From: Escherichia coli O157 typing phage 14
Sequence record: KP869112
Reading direction: 5' to 3' (one strand)
Length of the DNA: 64,000 nucleotides
In this document: piece by piece, positions 36,292 through 45,247 of the stretch
How the letters are laid out: every line of letters begins with the position of its first letter
How positions within the stretch are numbered: the stretch's first letter is position 1
Program-made: the position numbers and the translations under genes
Notes under the pieces: model-generated
What the model was told of the DNA's origin: nothing
Databases searched by the model: none
What the model saw: only the letters and a program-made list of their open reading frames with translations

Positions 36292-36750
36292 TCAACACTT
36301 TTTGTACTCCACCACGACAATATCTATGTCGAAAGTGGCAAGGTTAATAACGTCCTCTACGTGTTCCCACTTCAAACCGCCTATGCCGCACCCGATCTTA
36401 GGGATGTAGAATGGTAAAGTCGATCCGCTGAATACTTCATTGACTAGCTCAAAGCCTTTCAGGATTGAGAAATACTCAGCATTAGGTCCTGGGTAGAACT
36501 GGGTATATAGATTGATTCCGTAGACAATACCTATCGGAGATAAGTGCTCCCATCGGGAGAACGCACCCAGTTTACTTAGGCAACCGTATCTAGTCTCTTT
36601 GTCGGCTGACAGTGCTTGAGGAAACTCACGGGCAATCTGTTTTGCTATACCCTTGCCCATTGTGTGGAAGCAGTTACAACCGTGGATCAGGTGACCAGCA
36701 CCGCTCTTAAAAAGGGAGATTAAATCTCCCTCTACAGTATCAATAATCAC
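36292..36750 (-). CDS. macro domain protein (ADP-ribose binding/processing)
   Basis: GTG start with GAGGAG RBS; VIIDTVEGDLISL...AGHLIHGCNCFHTMGKGIAKQI and FYIPKIGCGIGGL match macro-domain glycine-rich motifs; ORF-track start 36831 overlaps upstream gene. Confidence 0.65.
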   Translation of the reverse strand: MIIDTVEGDLISLFKSGAGHLIHGCNCFHTMGKGIAKQIAREFPQALSADKETRYGCLSKLGAFSRWEHLSPIGIVYGINLYTQFYPGPNAEYFSILKGFELVNEVFSGSTLPFYIPKIGCGIGGLKWEHVEDVINLATFDIDIVVVEYKKC

Positions 36751-37165
36751 GGTAAGCCAGCTCCTCTTCCGCAATTTCAAAAAACTCAGTCCAGCACTGT
36801 GGCATATTGGAGTTACCGAAGTGGCTTTCATAGTAAAGGTTCTTACCGCTAGGAAGGTAGAAATCTGTTACCTCATAAAATCCACAATCGTCGCACTCAC
36901 CTTCTTCAAACTTGGCCTTAACCTTAATACCGAGGAAGGTGAAAAGTTTATGGACATCTTCAGTTTCGAACTCCCAGGGAATGTTGTTTTCCGCATCGGT
37001 GTAGAACTGGATCAGCAGACCATTGTCCAGTTTACCAAAATACTCTGTGAAGTAACTTCCTTCCCAGAAATCTTTATGACAAATAATATCCATGCGTTTG
37101 CCCATAATAATGGTGTGAGCGTTTTGGGCATCGTCACGAATCAGTTTTGGCATTTCATAGATCAT
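36740..37165 (-). CDS. hypothetical protein
   Basis: RBS GGAGAA. Confidence 0.5.
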   Translation of the reverse strand: MIYEMPKLIRDDAQNAHTIIMGKRMDIICHKDFWEGSYFTEYFGKLDNGLLIQFYTDAENNIPWEFETEDVHKLFTFLGIKVKAKFEEGECDDCGFYEVTDFYLPSGKNLYYESHFGNSNMPQCWTEFFEIAEEELAYRDY

Positions 37166-37233
37166 CTTAGTTCTCCGGGTTCAACAGGTGGTGGCGCTAC
37201 AGGAAGATCATAAAACATAGCTATCACAGTCTC

Positions 37234-37431
37234 TTACACAGGAATTGCTTCAAACAGGCCGTTATCTATACCGTCCTTCAGATAGAGATTATATTCTATG
37301 TCGGTATCTGTGTAAAGGGCAGCATCCAGCATTCTATCTGTGAGTCCATCCATTGGGTGGAGAAACCACCACCCACGCCAGTCAAAGTAACAGCCTGGTG
37401 CATCTTCTCTTACACGGATTCGATAAATCAT
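37234..37431 (-). CDS. hypothetical protein
   Basis: RBS CAGGAGG. Confidence 0.45.
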   Translation of the reverse strand: MIYRIRVREDAPGCYFDWRGWWFLHPMDGLTDRMLDAALYTDTDIEYNLYLKDGIDNGLFEAIPV

Positions 37432-37502
37432 GGGCAGTGGCCTCCTGTCAGTTATACATCCCAGTTTTCTTCGTTCATCACGTCCTCCCGTTCTATGAAG
37501 TT

Positions 37503-37531
37503 ATAATTGCACACCTTTCAACCTGTGTCAA
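37503..37531 (-). promoter_or_regulatory. candidate promoter on minus strand (TTGACA, 17 nt, AATTAT)
   Basis: Hexamers on minus strand. Confidence 0.3.
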
Positions 37532-37944
37532 CAGAAAACTTCAACAAATTCTTCCACAGTTTTAATGTCGTGGGAAAAAGGTTTACGGCTATAACGGGCA
37601 ATAGCACTATCAACCACCGCCCGGTACTCTAAATCTTCAGAGTATTTCATGAAGCATTGTAGCGTCTCTGGACAGATAGCTAAATAGCTCCACCACCCCT
37701 CTTCAGATTGGTAGTCGAATCCCATACTCTCCAACCATGAAGCGTACACACCTGCACCCTCTAGCCAGTGGGTATTTTCATCAAGAAATTTATTCACCGA
37801 CATGTGTGCTTCCAGGCACTCGTCAAGCTCTTTTCCGTTAACCAGCCATGCACTGACTGTGGCGCATCCGAGGTCTACAGATTGAGTTGACAGGTTATAT
37901 TGGTCATAGTTCTCAGGTTTAACAATGATATCTTCTAATGTCAT
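37528..37944 (-). CDS. hypothetical protein
   Basis: RBS TAAGGAGA. Confidence 0.5.
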   Translation of the reverse strand: MTLEDIIVKPENYDQYNLSTQSVDLGCATVSAWLVNGKELDECLEAHMSVNKFLDENTHWLEGAGVYASWLESMGFDYQSEEGWWSYLAICPETLQCFMKYSEDLEYRAVVDSAIARYSRKPFSHDIKTVEEFVEVFC

Positions 37945-37962
37945 TTTTCAGATCTCCTTATA

Positions 37963-37991
37963 CAAAAATGCCCCACCCTTTCGGGCAGGGC
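37963..37991 (-). terminator. intrinsic terminator (GCCCTGCCC-GAAA-GGGTGGGGC + UUUUUG on minus strand)
   Basis: Hairpin with GAAA tetraloop and U tract 3' of the 38007 gene; identical hairpin recurs at 48099. Confidence 0.65.
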
Positions 37992-38006
37992 TATGTTAAC
38001 TAGATG

Positions 38007-39233
38007 TTAAAACGGTATGTCATCATCAAAGGCGTACTGTGCTGGATTCTGATCCATCGGGTCATCTTCCTCATCATTTACAGGAGGAGCGTCTACAGTG
38101 TTTTGCTGTGGAGCTGCTTCCTGTTTGGCAGCCTGAGGTTCTTGATGGTCAGTTGACCCAGCACCGTTCTTGATCCAATCGTACAACGGCTCAGCCAGAT
38201 TAGTCAAGACATCTTTTGCTTCTGCAGTAATTGCCACTGCAAAATCATCAACTTTCGTTTTCTTGTCAATACGGCGACAAGCGTTCAACACCGCATTACC
38301 GACACTGGCACCTACTTCATCTTCAGTTCGGTTGGTGGCTTGAGCATACTCTTTCTTAAGCTCAATAGTGACTACGTGTAGTGTTTTAGCCACTCCTAGT
38401 GGGTCGTCTACCTTAAACCCGCGATCCAGGATGATTTGCAACGCATTGATGCTATGCCCCGTTTCCACACCGATAGGGTCGTAAGAGGATTTACGCTTGC
38501 CACCAGAGCCTTGAGTGCCGTTCTCTGCCTTAGGAGGATAGGCCTTGAAACCACTGATAATGTTTCCGGTGTCTTTGTCAACAATGGCTGCAACACGACC
38601 ACCTACCACCAGGTCTTTAAGCTGCTCATCAGTTACAACCATAGCACCTTCGCCAATCTTGTGGTCATTAACAGTAACCACGTTGCCAACAATCTGAGTC
38701 ACATCACCATAGATGCGTAAAACGTCCTGATTGGCATTCTGCTGAGGTTTCTGCTTCTGGCCTTGTGATTGTGCACCTTGTTGCTGTTTTTGCTGCTGAG
38801 TCGCTGCTGGAGCCTCTCCTGCACCCAGCTTAACCATCTTAGCCAGTGAGCCCTTGTAATAGGTCTTACCGTTATGCTCGTTTGCCTTCAAAGGGATATT
38901 TACGATCCATCCTGGCGTTACGGTTTCCCACTTGTCATCAATCTTAACAGAGACAGAGTCTTGATGACCTGGTTTAAGCAGCTTATCACCCATGCTGATC
39001 CAGACTTCTTCACCACCTTGAAGCAGGTTATCAGAGGAATCCAGTTCAGAAATCAGTAAAGAGATGGTGTGGCTGGATTCAATTTTCTTACCTTGCCACA
39101 CAGTGGTTTTAATACCTGTTGTAGGATCAGCACCTTTGATAGGCTTGATGCTAACACGTTTAATCATGCCGTGAGCCAGTAAAACAGTTTCACGCGGATT
39201 CATTGGGTTAGCGAATTGTTGAATAACGCTCAT
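38007..39233 (-). CDS. putative ssDNA-binding protein (SSB-like acidic C-terminal tail)
   Basis: C-terminus ends DDDIPF, the hallmark tail of bacterial SSB; Gln/Gly-rich linker; RBS AAGGAGA; N-terminal fold not verified. Confidence 0.45.
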   Translation of the reverse strand: MSVIQQFANPMNPRETVLLAHGMIKRVSIKPIKGADPTTGIKTTVWQGKKIESSHTISLLISELDSSDNLLQGGEEVWISMGDKLLKPGHQDSVSVKIDDKWETVTPGWIVNIPLKANEHNGKTYYKGSLAKMVKLGAGEAPAATQQQKQQQGAQSQGQKQKPQQNANQDVLRIYGDVTQIVGNVVTVNDHKIGEGAMVVTDEQLKDLVVGGRVAAIVDKDTGNIISGFKAYPPKAENGTQGSGGKRKSSYDPIGVETGHSINALQIILDRGFKVDDPLGVAKTLHVVTIELKKEYAQATNRTEDEVGASVGNAVLNACRRIDKKTKVDDFAVAITAEAKDVLTNLAEPLYDWIKNGAGSTDHQEPQAAKQEAAPQQNTVDAPPVNDEEDDPMDQNPAQYAFDDDIPF

Positions 39234-39598
39234 TATTTGTCTCCTTGTTCTTCGTTAGTGCTTGCCGTGTGTGCGAACCCTGCTTGAATTAATTTGTCCT
39301 GAACTTGAGCCAACAGGCCCATTGCAAAACTTGTGGTCCCAGAGAGGGCCATCAGCATATCCCGTTGTTGAGCTACCCAACCTAAGGCATAGTCCAAACG
39401 ACGATATTTTTCTTCTTCACGCAAAGCTTGGAATAATTGTTCAGCCTCTGGCTGTTGTGTGAGCTCCTGAAGTCTTCCCATGAAAGAAGAAAGCACTAGC
39501 AGAAGAGACACTTGATCTTTACTTAACCCTAAGAAAAATTCTTGAGGTTGTTCTTGCTCGTTCATCGCAACCGACGCTTGATCGTTCATTTGTTCCAT
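39233..39598 (-). CDS. hypothetical protein
   Basis: RBS CGGAGA. Confidence 0.5.
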   Translation of the reverse strand: MEQMNDQASVAMNEQEQPQEFFLGLSKDQVSLLLVLSSFMGRLQELTQQPEAEQLFQALREEEKYRRLDYALGWVAQQRDMLMALSGTTSFAMGLLAQVQDKLIQAGFAHTASTNEEQGDK

Positions 39599-39681
39599 TA
39601 TGGAATCTCCGATTTTATTTGAACAACATAGAAGGAGACACTATTTTAGCATCCCCTTCTGTAAATTACAATAGGTATTTG

Positions 39682-39927
39682 TTAGCCAATCACTTCGAAA
39701 GTTCCCCAATTCCCGTCCAGCAGGCAGGTGATCGGATCTCCATCGTCGTCAAAGATTTCAAAGTTTTCAGCATCCAGGATGTGGCCCTCGAACACAATAC
39801 TCTCGTCGCCACCACCAGAAATAACAGCGTATTCCTTACCTTGAGTCAAGTTTTGACACCCTTTGCCACCAAAACCTACTTCCACACAACGTACTTTCTG
39901 TCCTGCGCGAGCAACTACTTCAGCCAT
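39682..39927 (-). CDS. hypothetical protein
   Basis: RBS CAGGAGA. Confidence 0.5.
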   Translation of the reverse strand: MAEVVARAGQKVRCVEVGFGGKGCQNLTQGKEYAVISGGGDESIVFEGHILDAENFEIFDDDGDPITCLLDGNWGTFEVIG

Positions 39928-39944
39928 CTTAAGGTCTCCTGATA

Positions 39945-40247
39945 TTAATCGTCAAGTTCAAAATAGATTTTAACAGCTTCATCAAAGATTGGAATCCCGA
40001 TGTTGTTGATAAGCTGCCAAACTACCATATCTTTACCTGGGTCTGGGAGAATGTCAACCTTTCTCCATGCGCTGTATATCCAGTTCGGACCACCTTCTGC
40101 ACTAACTGGCAGATTTTCACCAGCCTCCTGCAGATACTTATACAGCAAAAGATATTCTGGATACTCTAGAACACTGTCCTCTGTAGTGTATAGCAGTTCA
40201 CGGTATACTTTTAAGAACCCTGCGGGGGTGATGTTTTCAGTCTTCAT
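39945..40247 (-). CDS. hypothetical protein
   Basis: ATG with AGGAGAGG RBS; ORF-track start 40265 is an extension. Confidence 0.45.
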   Translation of the reverse strand: MKTENITPAGFLKVYRELLYTTEDSVLEYPEYLLLYKYLQEAGENLPVSAEGGPNWIYSAWRKVDILPDPGKDMVVWQLINNIGIPIFDEAVKIYFELDD

Positions 40248-40626
40248 TTGCTGCCTCTCCTGCATTCATCAGATCTGCCATAGCGTCACCAACGAAGAGA
40301 ACAACCACATCGTTGACAGCGTCAGTATCATCTTTGTTGACGTTGCTGAATTTAGGACACACAGCAATGATCATATAGACACCGTTACCCACCTGAACTG
40401 TCCGTGTGGTGCACATCATGGCGGTATTTGTGCCTTCTTTGAAGGCGAAGCCTTGAAGACGCTCCTCTAAAGTGTTACCGGTAGATTTCAGAAGCGCCAG
40501 CTCGTCCAAGGCATAGATGATGTCTCCGGAAGTTAGTGTTGCCTTGCCATCAGACACCATAATCACTCCATCAGCACCGTCAAGCTTAGAGGCTTCAAAG
40601 ATATCAATATCCCAAATATTTTTCAT
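40237..40626 (-). CDS. hypothetical protein
   Basis: ATG with GAGGAAG RBS. Confidence 0.5.
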   Translation of the reverse strand: MKNIWDIDIFEASKLDGADGVIMVSDGKATLTSGDIIYALDELALLKSTGNTLEERLQGFAFKEGTNTAMMCTTRTVQVGNGVYMIIAVCPKFSNVNKDDTDAVNDVVVLFVGDAMADLMNAGEAANED

Positions 40627-40886
40627 CACGCTTCCTCGTCGTCTAAGGAGTTGAAGATTTCACCGAAGTATTCTAAGACTTCTAGCTCCCGTGTGGTGCA
40701 GAAAACACAGTCACCGTTGTCATCCTCGATAACGGCCTCTTTACCCAGAATATCTACTTCAAGTTCATCGTTCAACAGGACGGCCCCTGTGTAAACTTTG
40801 TCAGCTGTGCAGTCCCGAAAAGCAAAGTCCTTCTCCAGATAGTCTGGCTTAACCTTGGCTTTAATTCGTTGGTATTGTTTGGTCAT
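40626..40886 (-). CDS. hypothetical protein (paralog of 40950-41204)
   Basis: ATG with AAAGGGGA RBS; FRDCT / DDNGDCVFCT motifs shared with neighbour. Confidence 0.45.
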   Translation of the reverse strand: MTKQYQRIKAKVKPDYLEKDFAFRDCTADKVYTGAVLLNDELEVDILGKEAVIEDDNGDCVFCTTRELEVLEYFGEIFNSLDDEEA

Positions 40887-40938
40887 TGCTGTGGTCCCCT
40901 TTCGTTTTGATAGGGCCATTATATTAGGCCCTATCACT

Positions 40939-40967
40939 GTTGTCAAGTATTAATGTTCAGGTTTTAC
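40939..40967 (-). promoter_or_regulatory. sigma70-like promoter on minus strand (TTGACA, 17 nt, TATAAT)
   Basis: Perfect hexamers on minus strand; -10 lies in loop of 9 bp hairpin GATAGGGCC/GGCCCTATC. Confidence 0.5.
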
Positions 40968-41204
40968 AAAAACGACTTCATTAACAGTGCACCAGACAGA
41001 GTCTCCTTCATCATCTTTAAAGGTAAGGCACTGTGCCGAGTTTTCCAGCTCATCGATCTCTTCTTGTGATAAAGGGGCCCCTTCTTCCAGAAGGGCTTTT
41101 ACCAGAGGGTTCTCACAAAACTCTGCTTCATAAATTGCACCGACTGTGCAATCTTTAAAAGCTCGGTCATTTGCAACGCATTCTGGCTTCAAAGTAATTT
41201 TCAT
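40950..41204 (-). CDS. hypothetical protein (paralog of 40626-40886)
   Basis: RBS AAGGAGA. Confidence 0.5.
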   Translation of the reverse strand: MKITLKPECVANDRAFKDCTVGAIYEAEFCENPLVKALLEEGAPLSQEEIDELENSAQCLTFKDDEGDSVWCTVNEVVFVKPEH

Positions 41205-41280
41205 CTTGGCAGTCTCCTTAGTTATTTAAAAATCAACGCTCTGTTTGTGTGAAGCATCTTATATCTAATCTTACTTCTTG

Positions 41281-41652
41281 TCAATGGCTATTTTCAATCA
41301 GCCACACAGGGTCGAGGTAAATTTGTTGGCGTGTTGCCCAATGACAAACTTCATTGTACATCTGAATCTCTTTGTCCGTCAGTTCACGAATAGGCTCATC
41401 TATACCCTCATTTTTGTGGTAATCCCAGTCGGCATCGATTTCCCACAACCATGACTTGTTGTCACCACGCTTACGCACACAGAAGTCACCAGGACGGCCT
41501 GCCAGTGCATTTAAGAACTCGTTCTCCGCTCGCTCCTGGAGAATACTAAGGAGCAAAACGTTGGAGCATGACCGTAAAATATGCTTCAGCTCACAATCAT
41601 CAATCTCAACTTCAATACGTTGTTTGACTGTGTGGGTACCTTTTACTAACAT
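41281..41652 (-). CDS. hypothetical protein
   Basis: ATG with AGAGGAGG RBS. Confidence 0.5.
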   Translation of the reverse strand: MLVKGTHTVKQRIEVEIDDCELKHILRSCSNVLLLSILQERAENEFLNALAGRPGDFCVRKRGDNKSWLWEIDADWDYHKNEGIDEPIRELTDKEIQMYNEVCHWATRQQIYLDPVWLIENSH

Positions 41653-41662
41653 CCTACCTCCT

Positions 41663-41857
41663 CTAAACGAACTCTGCAAGAGTTGTGTTGTTCACTGCAC
41701 CGCAGTAAATGGAATATCCCAGCCCATTATAGTGTAAAAACCACGGCGTGCCGAAATTATCTTTCACGTAGACATCGCCGTTGTTTGTAAAGGGCCAATA
41801 TTCTTCACCAAGGGTAAAATACCTATTCATACCCTCAGCCAGATACTTTACTTTCAT
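41663..41857 (-). CDS. hypothetical protein (paralog of 41854-42081)
   Basis: Shared ...WF..H...G.Y.IYG...LA.FV pattern. Confidence 0.5.
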   Translation of the reverse strand: MKVKYLAEGMNRYFTLGEEYWPFTNNGDVYVKDNFGTPWFLHYNGLGYSIYCGAVNNTTLAEFV

Positions 41858-42081
41858 AGGCCCTCTTCAACAGCTACAAACTTGGCAAGCAGGCTGGTTC
41901 CGTAGATATGATACTCACCGTTTGCCAGATGGGAGATAAACCAGGCAATCCCTTCCTCGTCTTTAATCATCTTGTTTGCACGATTTTTATCGTAATAAAC
42001 CTCGTAGGTCTCTCCTTCTTTAAAGAAGGACAGGTCTGTCATCTTTTCTTCTACAAAAGTAGCTTTAACCAAAGTTGTCAT
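41854..42081 (-). CDS. hypothetical protein
   Basis: RBS AAGAAGGAGA. Confidence 0.5.
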   Translation of the reverse strand: MTTLVKATFVEEKMTDLSFFKEGETYEVYYDKNRANKMIKDEEGIAWFISHLANGEYHIYGTSLLAKFVAVEEGL

Positions 42082-42362
42082 TGATCGGTCTCCTTCTTGT
42101 TAAGTCTGAATACTGCAATAATAGCATTCCCAAGGTGCAGTGTCAAGTCATTTCCAAGATACCACAGCATCCCACGGTCATCTTTAATGAAAGGGTAACA
42201 ATCTGGTGCCTTCCAGACATTGTACACTTTCCCAACCTGAAAGAAATCAGGACCTGTTGGGATTTTGGTGCCAGGCCACACTTGAGATACCTGAACACAC
42301 TCCACCTGCATAATAACAGGAATGGTCATGGATGTAAATGTTTTTGTTGGCTCTACTACCAT
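42078..42362 (-). CDS. hypothetical protein
   Basis: ATG with AAAGAGGAGA RBS; ORF-track start 42452 would overlap the polymerase gene. Confidence 0.45.
   Translation of the reverse strand: MVVEPTKTFTSMTIPVIMQVECVQVSQVWPGTKIPTGPDFFQVGKVYNVWKAPDCYPFIKDDRGMLWYLGNDLTLHLGNAIIAVFRLNKKETDQ
42118..42146 (-). promoter_or_regulatory. candidate internal promoter on minus strand (TTGACA, 17 nt, TATTAT)
   Basis: Hexamers on minus strand ~40 nt upstream of 42081 start. Confidence 0.4.
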
Positions 42363-42411
42363 AAAAGTCTCCTCTTTGCTCAACAGCACCTCCCTGTGCT
42401 GATAGTTTACA

Positions 42412-45189
42412 TTAGTGACAATCACCCCAGTTACGACCACACAAGTATTCACCTGTGATCTGGAACGGGACTCCCATCATTTTAGAAGCTTGCCAGAAGC
42501 AATGCACCACCATTTCACCTACAGGGCTCCAGATAAGTTCAAGCTTTCCGTCATCGTTCAGGATAGGATCGTACACCGTGTTTCCGTCTCTGTCAACCAC
42601 TTCGTTTCCGTCCTCATCCTTGCGTGCCTTTTTGTACTTATGACCGTCGAACACATGAAGTTTGGCCTCCTGCTCTGCCTTAAATGCTTCCAGTTCTTCA
42701 ATTGTGTCGAAGGTGTACACAGTCTTATACTTCGGTGTGTCAGGCACTTGAAGCTGATATTCGTCATGGTAATAGATAATACGACGGACACCTTCATCGT
42801 ACCACCCACGCTTCACCATTTGGTGGTGCATGAGTATCCCAACTAAGTCACACAGCGATGCACCACCATTCTGTTGGTATGCATTAAGTAAAGAGTGTTT
42901 AGATCGGGTCCAGATAGCATGACCATCAAAAGAGTAGATAAACTTCTTACCTGTTGCTTCCCAGAATTTCTCCAGATCCTCTTTGCGCCCCTTAAGACCA
43001 GGGTTGGCATCCCAGAGTGCATCGATTACCCTTTGTCCCAACTCTGGAGAGATGTCCAGCATATCTGCAACTTTATCTTTTTGTGCCCCGTACATAACCC
43101 CATACGTGATAGGTTTACCGTCGTTACGAGACACCTCTCTGCCTGCTACTTTTGTATATGCCTCAGCATTGTTTTGGTGTGCGTCCCCGTTACTTACAAC
43201 ATCATAATACAAGCCGTTGTCGAACTCAAAGGCACCCCAAGCCCCGATAAGCTGCTCTAAGTTGGACCCGTCAATACCGATCTCAAAGTATCCAGGAGGA
43301 ACACCCCACAAGCTACGCATCTCCTTACCCATAACCACTTTAGGAGAGGGTTTAGGCATGTTTGCACAAATGCTGTGTTTCTGTCTGGAAGTGTTTGTTA
43401 ATCCGGAGCTTTTAGCAGGAAGCTTATGGTCAATCTTCAAGCGTGGGTGATTAAGAAGACCAGTATCAACCTTATCCTCCTTGATTGGATCAAGGACCGA
43501 TCTGCGGTTTCGCAATGATAACCACAAGACGATATCCTTAGCCATCTCTCCGTTCAATTTTTCAAGATTCGGACATAGGTGTCCAAACGTATCTTTCAGT
43601 TGCGGAGAAGTAATAAGTGCCCTAGCTTTTCTACGTATTTTCCCGAATACTTCCTTTTTAATCCTTTCGGAGTTAGGAAAGCTTCGGAACTTGTGCACTG
43701 TTGTCTGAAACTTAGCATCAGTTTTGTTCCAGAAGTTGATAATTAGGTCACAATACTCTGACTCTAAAAGCTCGTCCATGTATGCATATACTCGTGCATC
43801 AACATCTGCATCAGGTAGAGCTTTCTTCTTGCTGTCTTTAGTTACATCCTTAGTTCTCCACATTGTCGGAAGCCAACCAGCACTGATCAGGTATCGCTTA
43901 ATGTCGTCCTGATTGCTGATTTTCATAGGTATCTTGCAGTCCGGCATTCGCTTCTGCTGTAGATCACTTATTGCCTGATCCATCAGCTCTTTAGGTAAAG
44001 GTTGTGGTGTGGAAGTGCCCTTAATATAGCCTCTCAAGAAATCAGCCATCTTATCAGGGTCTTTGCAGCCCATCTCTTCACACCATTTTATCCCCATCTT
44101 ACTGACATCTCCTGTGGAGGTAAATGCTCGCTTAGGCTGGGCTTTGAACTCTAAAGCGCTCATGTCTACAGGATAGCCAAGCTTATCTTTTAACCATTTC
44201 CAACCATTATTGGAGATTGTCCCATCTTGGTTAAACGGCTTTTCAGGGAACTTGGGCCGCTGAGACATTGACAGCTCTTTTAAAGGTAGTTGTGGTTCAA
44301 CACGATCAGCTATTTCTTTCATCCACGCATCACAACGGTCACGTAAAGCAATAGCTCCATCTATGTCAAAATACACACCCTGACGGGCCTGCAGCTCCAT
44401 CAGGAAGTGCTGCAGCATGCCTCGGCGTAGTGCGTTCTTCCAGGTGATCTTCTTGAACCCTTTCGGCTTCTCTTTGGCAGGATCGTACATAAAGTTCTGC
44501 ATGTCAGATTTGCCGTAGAATACACCTTTTGATTCCGCTACCAGCTCTTTCCAGAGCAGCTCCTGGATGATAACGTCCTCGAATACACGATCCACATACT
44601 TCCACAATGGAAGATCGCGCCAGTCATCAATTTGAACTTTCTGGTTACCAAGGGCGTAGCCCCATGCCATAAGGCCGTGAGGACCAACAGGCTGCATTTT
44701 CTTAGTAACCGGGTTGAATACGGAGTCCGGACAACCTTTTGGTAAAGGGCGATCAGGCCACAAGATTCGGCTCATCGCCAACGTATCAAACAGGTTAACC
44801 TGGTGGTCGTTGATAGTCCCCATACATTTAGGATCACGGAACATATCAAAATGAATACCGGATAATCTCTCCATCAGCATAAAGTCATAACTGTAGCAGT
44901 TATGGCAGTTCAAAGCTGTTGGTGACCAGTCGGAATTTCCTGTAAGCCAACCTTCCAACTCCGAAAAATCTGCTATGCGAACTTCAAAATCCTTATAAAG
45001 AGTTTTCTTTGCCAGAATAAAGTTCTTGGCCTTCTCTATATCCTCCTCGGAGTAGTGTGTGCGGTCATTCAGAGGAAGGAACAGCATAAAACGGTTCTTA
45101 TTCAGCTCTTTAAACAGGCCGCAGTGATAATAAAGATCTGGGTCTTCCAGCAAACCGGATGACTCAAAATCGAACGACCACATGCTCAT
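42412..45189 (-). CDS. DNA polymerase, family A (Pol I-like) with 3'-5' exonuclease domain
   Basis: 925 aa; N-terminal exo motif FDFESSG; motif B KPITYGVMYGAQ; motif C YYHDEYQL; RBS AAGGAGAA. Confidence 0.9.
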   Translation of the reverse strand: MSMWSFDFESSGLLEDPDLYYHCGLFKELNKNRFMLFLPLNDRTHYSEEDIEKAKNFILAKKTLYKDFEVRIADFSELEGWLTGNSDWSPTALNCHNCYSYDFMLMERLSGIHFDMFRDPKCMGTINDHQVNLFDTLAMSRILWPDRPLPKGCPDSVFNPVTKKMQPVGPHGLMAWGYALGNQKVQIDDWRDLPLWKYVDRVFEDVIIQELLWKELVAESKGVFYGKSDMQNFMYDPAKEKPKGFKKITWKNALRRGMLQHFLMELQARQGVYFDIDGAIALRDRCDAWMKEIADRVEPQLPLKELSMSQRPKFPEKPFNQDGTISNNGWKWLKDKLGYPVDMSALEFKAQPKRAFTSTGDVSKMGIKWCEEMGCKDPDKMADFLRGYIKGTSTPQPLPKELMDQAISDLQQKRMPDCKIPMKISNQDDIKRYLISAGWLPTMWRTKDVTKDSKKKALPDADVDARVYAYMDELLESEYCDLIINFWNKTDAKFQTTVHKFRSFPNSERIKKEVFGKIRRKARALITSPQLKDTFGHLCPNLEKLNGEMAKDIVLWLSLRNRRSVLDPIKEDKVDTGLLNHPRLKIDHKLPAKSSGLTNTSRQKHSICANMPKPSPKVVMGKEMRSLWGVPPGYFEIGIDGSNLEQLIGAWGAFEFDNGLYYDVVSNGDAHQNNAEAYTKVAGREVSRNDGKPITYGVMYGAQKDKVADMLDISPELGQRVIDALWDANPGLKGRKEDLEKFWEATGKKFIYSFDGHAIWTRSKHSLLNAYQQNGGASLCDLVGILMHHQMVKRGWYDEGVRRIIYYHDEYQLQVPDTPKYKTVYTFDTIEELEAFKAEQEAKLHVFDGHKYKKARKDEDGNEVVDRDGNTVYDPILNDDGKLELIWSPVGEMVVHCFWQASKMMGVPFQITGEYLCGRNWGDCH

Positions 45190-45247
45190 ATACAGTTCTC
45201 CTTAAAGGGGAGGCAGTTGTACTACCCCTCCCACTCTTTGTTAAACA

